From: a virus | Lineage: Duplodnaviria > Caudoviricetes | DNA length: 46,315 nucleotides | Virus record (IMG/VR): IMGVR_UViG_3300033485_000030 | Span: 1 to 46,315 of that record | Direction: 5' to 3' (one strand) | In this document: in pieces, positions 18,901 through 26,405 of the stretch | How the letters are laid out: each line of letters opens with the position of its first letter | Position numbering within the stretch: the first letter of the stretch is position 1 | Notes under the pieces: model-generated | Database searches by the model: none | What the model was told of the DNA's origin: nothing | Seen by the model: the letters and a program-made list of their open reading frames with translations, nothing else | Translations under genes and position numbers: made by a program

Positions 18901-19277
18901 ATGATCAATTAATTTTAAATTATTTAGTAAATCTATCAAGATCGAATGAATTAGGAATATTTGATAGTAGATATGTATTAGAAAATATTGAATTTGGATA
19001 TACTAATTATTTAAACATAAATGATAATGCGCTAGTTTTTGAAAATATTGGACTTTACAAAATAGATTTTGTTACTCTTGTAACACTATTAATAGCTGGT
19101 AATGAAATTAGTCTTTATCAGTTTAAATATGTTATAGCAGAACCATCGCTTCCTTACATATATATTCTAGGCGATCATTCGGTAGCAGTTCTTTTTAGAA
19201 ATAAATCTATTTTTGTACCTTTTAGAGATAAATCTATTCATATACCCTTTAGAGATAAACGTTTGTCTAGTGTTTAG
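15975..19277 (+). CDS. Large fibre/adhesin-like protein: LamG/concanavalin-like N-terminal domain, second beta domain and long ~20-aa repeat stalk
   Basis: SIAVWLK...WELLVNVYDG...LKLYQN...WQRSLTPYEV LamG pattern; many ESIxLxKxxGIxSSDQ repeats. Confidence 0.75.
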   Translation: MAIKFGVTPGNPGFSISKLPSRRSYRVNWANPITKNLVFFASWLNIGTDLATDLVRGRRSTRGGVQTRKAVSDPEMGEVFEWGADTETGAGRDILSWGILSEWNGRNQASIAVWLKVLDDATGTEILFGIQDAGNSWEGYNVETWTSGMRNAEASPDDTYIGRETTGTGLPGKWELLVNVYDGTKSTVEERLKLYQNTVPLGGTVGTIPTALGTFTDIWQMHAGNFGEPDCHYRALYFAGWQRSLTPYEVSLLYAPQTRFDIYRFDDPTFFLILDGGAINESVSLSKSVGIVSSNQVNIQESVSLGRTNGVSIGISTISVVQTKGTRTISGNTYYDLAFDSNITAGNRIVIIVGKGAGTDQTPFVLGDISKSAGTATLGSFTMEKSATHNENIRHAAIYSAHVTGSGSCTIRIAVTIDKAVIIALAEIHSGLGSLVVGNSTNSGQGNTGYPSSGDITTDGEGIIIGGGQIQDPPSEIITEDTFFTNIYKSADVNYCTGASEYRIVPQTTTDAVSYLAPSTVKWVLVGATYLVSEEIEESISLEKNLGVSFSEQLYISDSYILTKSAGIVSSDQIIVEDSYILTKSSGIISSDQIIVEGSYILTKSSGIVSSDQIIVEDNLLLSKLNEILSTNQADIQDFINLLKLKGINIYSSILVDESSLLNIFENLVVVEQTGSAIEESITLSKRLYVTQKQPAVEESVILTKSIGIISSDQVNIQDTSVLIKSLNIISIDQVFIQDLVSFSISNLIISLDQIIISDEFSLNKLLGISSLDSPVTEESISLIKNLILSSSDQLDILDNINLGTVLSINAIETISVYDSLIFLRSSDILLSDQVNLQEIVSLLNIKGIEAVSQVFVNDALSFSLLKTILVIEETQGQYAEVITLARYNTISILQEGISNVSESSLLSRLNGINITDQNISSANINLARSDGLSSSLTSIISVSSSLDRFATITSVTNSNVNNDISLSYLKGLNSNDQLILNYLVNLSRSNELGIFDSRYVLENIEFGYTNYLNINDNALVFENIGLYKIDFVTLVTLLIAGNEISLYQFKYVIAEPSLPYIYILGDHSVAVLFRNKSIFVPFRDKSIHIPFRDKRLSSV
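17647..17829 (+). repeat. Three near-identical 60-bp tandem repeats
   Basis: GATAGTTATATTCTAACTAAATCT...TCATCCGATCAGATAATAGTAGAA x3, coding DSYILTKSxGIxSSDQIIVE. Confidence 0.95.
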
Positions 19278-19284
19278 AGATAAA
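19194..19284 (+). repeat. Four TTTAGA(G/A)ATAAA repeats
   Basis: Copies start at 19194, 19221, 19248 and 19273 (spacing 27, 27, 25). Confidence 0.85.
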
Positions 19285-19331
19285 TGGCTTTCTATTTTAA
19301 GGAGGAATAACCATGATCTAAGGAGATTATT

Positions 19332-19685
19332 ATGACATATCTTGTTGCGAGTAAAGATCCAAATAATAGTGAACCATATTTTGTTATTTGGTGTGATATA
19401 GAAACTGGTCTTAATGATGGTAGTAAACATGATCACGGAGAATTACAAGGAAGTACTATTACTTCTGTTGAATGGATATTTCCGGATGGATCAGAATTAA
19501 CTAAAAAATCTTCTAACCAAAATGCTATAACAATTCAGGGTATTGCATATGATGAAGATACCGTTTGCACTATTTGGGTAGAAGGTGGTGTACATAATAA
19601 AGATTATCAATTAATTTGTCGAATTATTGCCAGTGATGGCAGAAAATTAAACCAACCGTTAATTATCCCAGTACGTCAAAATTAA
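19332..19685 (+). CDS. Small Ig-like/adaptor-type structural protein
   Basis: KDP N-terminal motif, TITSVEW, TIWVEGG, YQLICRI; AAGGAG RBS. Confidence 0.6.
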   Translation: MTYLVASKDPNNSEPYFVIWCDIETGLNDGSKHDHGELQGSTITSVEWIFPDGSELTKKSSNQNAITIQGIAYDEDTVCTIWVEGGVHNKDYQLICRIIASDGRKLNQPLIIPVRQN

Positions 19686-19715
19686 AATTAAAATAAAATT
19701 ATAGGAGATATAAAA

Positions 19716-20291
19716 ATGGCTACAGATTTAACCGCAGCAGACCTTGCGTTATTCAACGCAGATCAAATTGCATTTCATGAACAAATGCGTCTTATGGGAT
19801 ATTATGGCACTCCCGTAAATGCAGTAGAAGCTAGTGTATCCTTAACTCTTGCTGCTCAAGCAACTGCTGGTGATACGATGACCATCGGCAATAAGATGTA
19901 TACTTATGTGGCGAGTGGTGCAAATGAAGATGGCGAGATTAATATCGGTGCTGACAAAGCCGCCACTCAAACTAACACAAAAGCTGCCATTAATGGAACT
20001 GATGGATATAATGTTGCACATACCCAGGTTGTTTGTGGAACTTTGGCCGGTGATGTTTATCCAATCACGGCTAAAGTAGCAGGAACTGCTGCCCATTCGA
20101 TTCTTTGCTCAGAAACATACACCTCTGGTTCGAATGTGTTCTCGCATGATCATTTGCAATCTGGTGTTGATGGCACTATTGGTATTCATGGTGTGCCAAT
20201 GATTGATACAACTTATCTATATTTCGCAGTTGCTGATAATGGAGTTGCAGATAAGAATTGGCGCCGCGTTTCTCTTGGTTCTGCTTTCTAA
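19716..20291 (+). CDS. Probable virion decoration/structural protein
   Basis: Ala/Gly/Thr rich; C-terminal YLYFAVADN....NWRRVSL; RBS. Confidence 0.6.
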   Translation: MATDLTAADLALFNADQIAFHEQMRLMGYYGTPVNAVEASVSLTLAAQATAGDTMTIGNKMYTYVASGANEDGEINIGADKAATQTNTKAAINGTDGYNVAHTQVVCGTLAGDVYPITAKVAGTAAHSILCSETYTSGSNVFSHDHLQSGVDGTIGIHGVPMIDTTYLYFAVADNGVADKNWRRVSLGSAF

Positions 20292-20356
20292 TTTAATAGT
20301 GAGATTGGCATACTATGTATGGTGATTAAAATTTCTAAATAAGGAGGTGGTGTGTA

Positions 20357-21616
20357 ATGCCAAATTCATTTGGTGATAGACTGAGACATGCATGGAATGC
20401 CTTTCGTGGTACCGAAAGTCAAGCATTTGAACTTGGACCAGCATATAGCATAAGACCAGATTTGTATAGACTAAGACTTGGAACAGAAACGTCAATCATT
20501 TCCTCGATATATAATAGGATTGGTATTGATGTAGCGTCTATTCCCATTCAACATGTTCGCCTTGATGAGGATGGACGCTACTTAGAAACTATACAATCTG
20601 GTCTTAATAATTGTCTTACATTAGAAGCAAATATAGATCAGACTGGTAGAGCTTTTATTCAAGATGTAGTAATGTCACTTTGTGATGAGGGATGTGTTGC
20701 CATTGTTCCTGTTGATACAACCATAAATCCTGCAATTACTGGCTCTTATGATATTATAACATTAAGAACAGCTAAAATTCTTGGATGGTATCCCAAACAT
20801 GTTCGTATTAATTTATATAATGATATAACCGGATTTAAGCAAGAAATTACACTTCCTAAATCTATGGTCGCTATTATTGAAAATCCACTTTATGCAATAA
20901 TGAATCAACCAAATTCAACATTGCAACGTCTTATATCAAAATTAAATTTACTAGATGTAATAGATAATCAAAGTGGATCAGGAAAATTGGATTTAATTAT
21001 TCAATTACCATATGTAGTTAAAACCGAAGCGCGAAGATTGCAAGCAGAAAATAGGCGAGCCGATATTGAAGCTCAGTTAATGGGATCAAAGTATGGTATT
21101 GCCTATACTGATGGTACGGAAAAGGTTACACAACTAAATAGACCTGCAGAGAATAACCTGATGGGACAAATTGAGTTTCTAACGAGTATGCTATATAGCC
21201 AGTTAGGTTTAACAAAAGCTGTCTTTGACGGTACTGCGGATGAAAAAGAGATGATAAATTATTATAACCGTTCCATTGAACCGTTCCTTTCTGCAATTAT
21301 AGATGGAATGAAACGTGTCTTCATAACAAAAACAGGTAGAACCCAGGGTCAATCTATTATGGCTGTTAGAGATCCTTTCAAACTTGTTCCTGTTAGTCAG
21401 ATTGCTGATATAGCAGATAAGTTTACAAGGAATGAAATTCTTACATCTAATGAGATTCGACAAATAGTCGGTCGTAAACCTAGTAAAGATCCTGGTGCAG
21501 AAGAATTACGTAATAAGAATCTTAATCGACCCGAACAGGACAAACCAGAAGAGGGTCAACCTGAACAGTTAGAGGAAGATTCTGAAAATAATCAAAATGG
21601 AAGGAGTTTATTTTAA
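20357..21616 (+). CDS. Portal protein
   Basis: 419 aa; RLRHAWNAF start, NRIGIDVASIP, ILTSNEIRQIVG; upstream of the capsid gene; AAGGAGGTG RBS. Confidence 0.9.
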   Translation: MPNSFGDRLRHAWNAFRGTESQAFELGPAYSIRPDLYRLRLGTETSIISSIYNRIGIDVASIPIQHVRLDEDGRYLETIQSGLNNCLTLEANIDQTGRAFIQDVVMSLCDEGCVAIVPVDTTINPAITGSYDIITLRTAKILGWYPKHVRINLYNDITGFKQEITLPKSMVAIIENPLYAIMNQPNSTLQRLISKLNLLDVIDNQSGSGKLDLIIQLPYVVKTEARRLQAENRRADIEAQLMGSKYGIAYTDGTEKVTQLNRPAENNLMGQIEFLTSMLYSQLGLTKAVFDGTADEKEMINYYNRSIEPFLSAIIDGMKRVFITKTGRTQGQSIMAVRDPFKLVPVSQIADIADKFTRNEILTSNEIRQIVGRKPSKDPGAEELRNKNLNRPEQDKPEEGQPEQLEEDSENNQNGRSLF

Positions 21617-23368
21617 ATGACTGACGCTAAGTTTGATTTTGGTGGTTATGCCACTAAAAATGGTCTTAAATGTACTGATGGTCGTGTTATTTTAAGGGAT
21701 GCCTTTAGAGATAATGACGGCACGACTGTACCATTAGTTTGGCAGCATCAGCATAGTGAACCATCAAATGTTCTTGGCCATGCTTTACTTGAAAATCGCG
21801 AAGATGGAGTTTATGCTTATTGTACTTTTAATGAAACTGAGTCTGGTAAGAATGCAAAACTTCTAGTTAAGCATGGTGATATTGCATATTTATCAATTTA
21901 TGCGAATCAACTTGTTGAGAAAGCTAAAAATGTTATTCATGGTATGATTCGTGAAGTAAGTCTCGTTATGGCTGGAGCAAATCCAGGAGCTGTTATCGAT
22001 AATTTAGCCTTCGAACATGGTGACGGAAGTATTACTACCGATTTAGAAGAGGCTATTATTTATACTGGTTTAGAATTAGAAGCTCAAGAAGAAAAACCTA
22101 TGGAAAAACCTATGGAAGAAAAACCTATTGAACCAATTAAACATGCTGATGATAGTGATGATGAAACCGTCGAGGATGTTTTTAACACTTTAAGTGAGAA
22201 ACAAAAGACGGCAGTTTATGCAATTGTTGGAGCCCTAGTAGAGGGCGAAGAAGATGAAGAAGAAGCTCAGCAATCCGATGCTGACGATAATATTTTAACT
22301 CATGAAGGAGATATTGGTATAATGAAAAACAACGTTTTTGACGTATCAGCTGGCAGTCCTCGGGTGTATCTTACTGGGGATCAATTTAAAGAGATTACTA
22401 CTGATGCCTTTAAATATGGATCATTAAAGCAATCAATTTTAGCACATGCTGGAACTTACGGTATTGATAATATTGACTATTTGTTCCCAGATGCTCGTCT
22501 GGTAGAAGGTCAACCCGCATTTTTGAAACGCGAAACTACTTGGGTAGCTCCAGTTATCCAGGGAACTCGCCATACTCCATTCTCACGTATTAAGTCCGTT
22601 TACGCGGATATTACGGTTGACACGGCTCGTGCCATGGGTTATGTTACGGGAGAGTTGAAGAAAGATGAAGTTTTCGGTCTTTTGAAGCGTACTACTAGCC
22701 CAACTACGATTTATAAGAAGCAGAAGCTTGATCGTAATGATATTCTTGATATTACTGATATGGATATCGTTGCCTGGCTGAAAGCAGAAATGCGTGTTAT
22801 GTTGGACGAGGAAATTGCTCGTGCCGTATTGGTTGGTGATGGTCGTTCTGGTGTCTCAGAAGATAAAATTGACGAAACTTGTGTTCGTCCCATCTGGACC
22901 GATAGCGATCTATATGCTCATCATGTTAAATTGCCTTCTACCGACAATCTGCCGGAAGAAGTTATTGACAAGATCACCGCAGCTCGTGTTAATTATAAAG
23001 GATCCGGGAATCCTGTCCTGTTCACTAGTCCTTCTTTCTTGAGCGAAATGCTCTTGATCAAAGATACTCTGGGATATCGTATTTACAAGACTGAAGCCGA
23101 TTTGGCTGCTGTTCTTCGTGTTTCTCGTATTGTTGAAGTTCCAGTTATGGAAGGTCTACATCGTACAGACACCCTTGAATATGATCTGCTTGGTCTTATT
23201 GTTAATCTTTATGATTATACTATCGGTGCAGATAAGGGTGGTGCCGTTAGTATGTTTGACGATTTCGATATTGATTACAATCAATACAAATATTTGATCG
23301 AAACTCGTATTTCTGGTGCTTTGACTCTGCCTAAGTCTGCTTTGGTTATTGAACGCGCCCAGGCATAA
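21617..23368 (+). CDS. Fused prohead protease + HK97-fold major capsid protein
   Basis: N-terminal FGGYA...VPLVWQH...LSI...IREVSLVMAGANP protease; acidic linker; capsid part with EEIARAVLVGDG. Confidence 0.9.
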   Translation: MTDAKFDFGGYATKNGLKCTDGRVILRDAFRDNDGTTVPLVWQHQHSEPSNVLGHALLENREDGVYAYCTFNETESGKNAKLLVKHGDIAYLSIYANQLVEKAKNVIHGMIREVSLVMAGANPGAVIDNLAFEHGDGSITTDLEEAIIYTGLELEAQEEKPMEKPMEEKPIEPIKHADDSDDETVEDVFNTLSEKQKTAVYAIVGALVEGEEDEEEAQQSDADDNILTHEGDIGIMKNNVFDVSAGSPRVYLTGDQFKEITTDAFKYGSLKQSILAHAGTYGIDNIDYLFPDARLVEGQPAFLKRETTWVAPVIQGTRHTPFSRIKSVYADITVDTARAMGYVTGELKKDEVFGLLKRTTSPTTIYKKQKLDRNDILDITDMDIVAWLKAEMRVMLDEEIARAVLVGDGRSGVSEDKIDETCVRPIWTDSDLYAHHVKLPSTDNLPEEVIDKITAARVNYKGSGNPVLFTSPSFLSEMLLIKDTLGYRIYKTEADLAAVLRVSRIVEVPVMEGLHRTDTLEYDLLGLIVNLYDYTIGADKGGAVSMFDDFDIDYNQYKYLIETRISGALTLPKSALVIERAQA

Positions 23369-23385
23369 TATTAAGGAGTTCTAAT

Positions 23386-23712
23386 ATGGCAAAGTTTCAC
23401 GGTTTTATAGGTTATGCTGAAGTTGAAGAAAGCGAAACTGCGCCAGGCGCATGGATTGAGGTTGTTACGGAGCGTCCCTGCAGTGGAGATATTCTTCGTA
23501 ATACAAAACGTTGGGAAAATGCTGAAAAAGTTAATGAAAATTTAACAATTGATAACCGTTTTAGCATAATCGCTGACGAATTTGCTGTTAATAACTCTCA
23601 CAATATGCGCTATTTAAAAATAAATGGTACCTCTTGGAAAATAAGTTCTTTTGAAATTCAGAGGCCACGTATTATTTTAACGGTGGGAGGAGTGTATAAT
23701 AATGGGAACTAG
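23386..23712 (+). CDS. Head closure/stopper-like protein
   Basis: Position after the capsid gene, size, WKISSFE..RPRIILT. Confidence 0.6.
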   Translation: MAKFHGFIGYAEVEESETAPGAWIEVVTERPCSGDILRNTKRWENAEKVNENLTIDNRFSIIADEFAVNNSHNMRYLKINGTSWKISSFEIQRPRIILTVGGVYNNGN

Positions 23713-24007
23713 AGCCGATTTCCAAACACTTCTTGAAACATTATTGGGTTCTAGGAATGTATATTTCCAACCTCCTCCCACTTTTCAAATGAACTATCCA
23801 TGTATTGTTTATAATCTTGATGATATTGATACATTATTTGCAAATAATGTTCCATATAAACTCGAAAAACGATATTCTCTAACCGTTATAGATAGGGATC
23901 CGGATAGTTTAATAGTTGACAAAGTTGCATCTTTGGAAAAATGTTTATTTGATAGGCACTTTGTTAATGATAATCTCAATCACTATATTTTTATAATCTA
24001 TTATTGA
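23702..24007 (+). CDS. Tail terminator/completion-like protein
   Basis: NVYFQPP...YPCIVY motif; precedes the major tail gene. Confidence 0.65.
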   Translation: MGTRADFQTLLETLLGSRNVYFQPPPTFQMNYPCIVYNLDDIDTLFANNVPYKLEKRYSLTVIDRDPDSLIVDKVASLEKCLFDRHFVNDNLNHYIFIIYY

Positions 24008-24021
24008 AAGGATATTTTAAC

Positions 24022-24687
24022 ATGACGAAACTAGTTTGGGATGATACTGGTAAACGTTATTTTGAAACCGGTATTGATAAGGGTGTTTTGTATGTAATGG
24101 ATGGTAGTGGTAACTATCCTTTAGGCGTTCCATGGAACGGTTTGATCAGTGTCACGGAGAGTCCTGCTGGTGGTGAACCAACAAGCATTTATGCAGATAA
24201 TATTAAGTATTTAACTTTGATGTCTACTGAAACTTTTGGTGCCACGCTTGAAGCTTATACGTTCCCAGAAGAATTTTATGCGTGTGATGGATCGAAAGAA
24301 ATTTCTACTGATAAAGGTGGTTATGCTTATCAGCAACCTCGTAGCCAATTTGGCCTAGTATATAGGACTAAATTGGGTAATGATGTTGGTGGACAAGATC
24401 TTGGTTATAAACTCCATCTTATCTATGGTTTGCTAGCTTCTCCATCTGAGAAGGCATATAATTCCGTGAATGATTCTCCTGAGGCGCTTACTTTTAGTTG
24501 GGAGGTTACTAGTACTCCTGCCTCTTTCACCGGTTTTCAGCCTGTAAGTTTAATCGTTGTTGATTCAACAAAAGCTACTGTAAATGGTCTAGCAGCTTTG
24601 GAAGATGAGTTGTTTGGCGATTCTGGGGCTGGTGTTGCCAATCTACCATTGCCTGCGGCAGTGAAAACTTTGTTAGAGACTACCTAA
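24022..24687 (+). CDS. Major tail (tube) protein
   Basis: KLVWD...GVLY...WNGL..VTESP...YADNIKY...EAYTFP...FSWEV. Confidence 0.85.
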   Translation: MTKLVWDDTGKRYFETGIDKGVLYVMDGSGNYPLGVPWNGLISVTESPAGGEPTSIYADNIKYLTLMSTETFGATLEAYTFPEEFYACDGSKEISTDKGGYAYQQPRSQFGLVYRTKLGNDVGGQDLGYKLHLIYGLLASPSEKAYNSVNDSPEALTFSWEVTSTPASFTGFQPVSLIVVDSTKATVNGLAALEDELFGDSGAGVANLPLPAAVKTLLETT

Positions 24688-24700
24688 TTTTCATTTATTA

Positions 24701-24742
24701 AAAATAGGAGCCTTGATAATATTGTCAGGGCTCCTATATTTT
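24701..24742 (+). terminator. Hairpin terminator after the major tail gene, possibly bidirectional
   Basis: ATAGGAGCCTTGATAA / TTGTCAGGGCTCCTAT flanked by A and T runs. Confidence 0.7.
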
Positions 24743-24752
24743 AGGAGGAGAT

Positions 24753-25064
24753 ATGATGAAACTATTTATTAGTCAACCTATGAAAGGAAAGACAAAGATA
24801 GAAATTGAAGAGGTAAGAGCTCAAGCTTTCAAGGAAGTAAAAGAAATGTTTCCTAGAGAAAAAATGGTTCTAATCGATTCTATTATTAAACAAGATCCTC
24901 CTAATGATGTAAATCGTGATATTTGGTATCTTGGTCAAAGTATACTTTTATTAGCAAAAGCAGATGTTGCATATTTTGCTAAGGGGTGGAGAGATGCAAA
25001 GGGATGTATTGAGGAAAACCTTTGTGCTAGTTCATATAATTTAATAACTATTGAAACAAACTAA
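24753..25064 (+). CDS. DUF4406-like / nucleoside 2-deoxyribosyltransferase-like small protein
   Basis: KLFISQPMKG ... LLAKADVAYFAKGWRDAKGCIEE pattern. Confidence 0.65.
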   Translation: MMKLFISQPMKGKTKIEIEEVRAQAFKEVKEMFPREKMVLIDSIIKQDPPNDVNRDIWYLGQSILLLAKADVAYFAKGWRDAKGCIEENLCASSYNLITIETN

Positions 25065-25085
25065 AAATTTTGAAAGGAGTTTTTT

Positions 25086-25466
25086 ATGCTTAAGAAAACA
25101 ATGACTTATGTGGACTTTGATGGGGTAGAAAGAACTGAGACGTTCTATTTTAATCTAACAAAAGCTGAACTTGCCGAGATGGAATTATCCACAAAAGGTG
25201 GATTAGCCGAGAAGATTAATGCCATAGTAGCAGCCGAGAACGGAGAAGAAATTATTAGACTCTTTAAGGATGTTATTGCCAGATCTTATGGTGAGAAAAG
25301 TGAAGATGGTAAACGCTTTGTAAAAAGCGAAGAACTTAGCAAAGCTTTCACTCAAACTCAAGCCTATAGCGATCTCTTCATGGAATTAAGTACATCGGCA
25401 GAAGCAGCGAGTGCGTTCATTAATGGCGTAGTTCCTGTTATGGAAAATCCTCCGCCTAAATCATAA
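25086..25466 (+). CDS. Tail assembly chaperone
   Basis: Between major tail and tape measure genes; YVDFDG.ERTETFYFNL. Confidence 0.7.
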   Translation: MLKKTMTYVDFDGVERTETFYFNLTKAELAEMELSTKGGLAEKINAIVAAENGEEIIRLFKDVIARSYGEKSEDGKRFVKSEELSKAFTQTQAYSDLFMELSTSAEAASAFINGVVPVMENPPPKS

Positions 25467-25486
25467 AACTTATAAGGAGACTAGAG

Positions 25487-26026
25487 ATGCTGACTATAAC
25501 TATTCCAGCTACTGAATTGTGGAATGAGAGAACGTCCCAATTTGTTAAAACTAAAGAACAAATTTTGCAGTTAGAGCACTCTCTAGTCTCCTTATCGAAA
25601 TGGGAATCTAAGTGGTGTAAGCCATTTATGTCCAACACTGAAAAAACGTCAGAAGAAGTTATTGATTATATTCGTTGTATGACAATAACTCAAAATGTCG
25701 ATTTTGATATATATTATTGTCTTACTAATGAAAATATGAAAGAAGTAAATTCTTATATTGATGCACCAATGACAGCAACAACGTTTTCTGATCAAAAGAA
25801 AACAATTAATAGACAAATTATAACAGCAGAAATTATTTATTATTGGATGATATTATTTAATATACCTTTTGAATGCCAAAAATGGCATCTTAATAGATTA
25901 CTTACTCTAATTAATGTTTGTAATATTAAGAATCAGCCTAAAGGAAAGATTGGGAGAAAAGAACTTCTTTCACGTAATGCTGCACTTAATGAGGCTCGTA
26001 AAGCTCAATTGAATACGACAGGTTAA
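25487..26026 (+). CDS. Second tail assembly chaperone-like protein
   Basis: Own TAAGGAG RBS; LEHSLVSLSKWESKW, WHLNRLLTLI. Confidence 0.65.
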   Translation: MLTITIPATELWNERTSQFVKTKEQILQLEHSLVSLSKWESKWCKPFMSNTEKTSEEVIDYIRCMTITQNVDFDIYYCLTNENMKEVNSYIDAPMTATTFSDQKKTINRQIITAEIIYYWMILFNIPFECQKWHLNRLLTLINVCNIKNQPKGKIGRKELLSRNAALNEARKAQLNTTG

Positions 26027-26027
26027 C

Positions 26028-26405
26028 ATGATTACTATTAAACATAGTGGAGATTTTCGTAATACGGAGAGATTTTTAAATAAAGCGCAAAATCTTAGAC
26101 TGCATTCTATTCTTAGTAGTTATGGAAAGAAAGGAGTTGCAGCTCTTAGTTCTGCGACTCCAAAAGATACCGGAATAACAGCTTCTTCATGGGATTATAA
26201 TATTGAAATAACTAAAAATGGTTACTCGATAGCCTGGTTTAATAGACATGAAGAAAATGGTATTATGCCCGCGATACTTATTCAATATGGGCATGGAACT
26301 GGAACTGGTGGATATGTTCAAGGAATGGATTATATTAATCCTGCTATGAAACCCATATTTGATGAACTTGCGGAGGCTATATGGAAGGAGGTATCTAATT
26401 TATGA
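26028..26405 (+). CDS. HK97 gp10-like neck/tail component
   Basis: ATPKDTG.TASSW, IQYGHGT, YINPA motifs. Confidence 0.65.
   Translation: MITIKHSGDFRNTERFLNKAQNLRLHSILSSYGKKGVAALSSATPKDTGITASSWDYNIEITKNGYSIAWFNRHEENGIMPAILIQYGHGTGTGGYVQGMDYINPAMKPIFDELAEAIWKEVSNL

Noticed and set aside
17647-19284. Repeats as a CRISPR array
   Set aside because: They are in-frame coding tandem repeats without unique spacers, and no cas genes are present
22088-22135. GAAAAACCTATG short repeats
   Set aside because: Low-complexity EKPM linker between protease and capsid; no evidence of a separate function
25440-25487. Tail-chaperone -1 frameshift at GGAAAAT
   Set aside because: The -1 frame meets TAA a few codons later, before the downstream ORF, which has its own RBS
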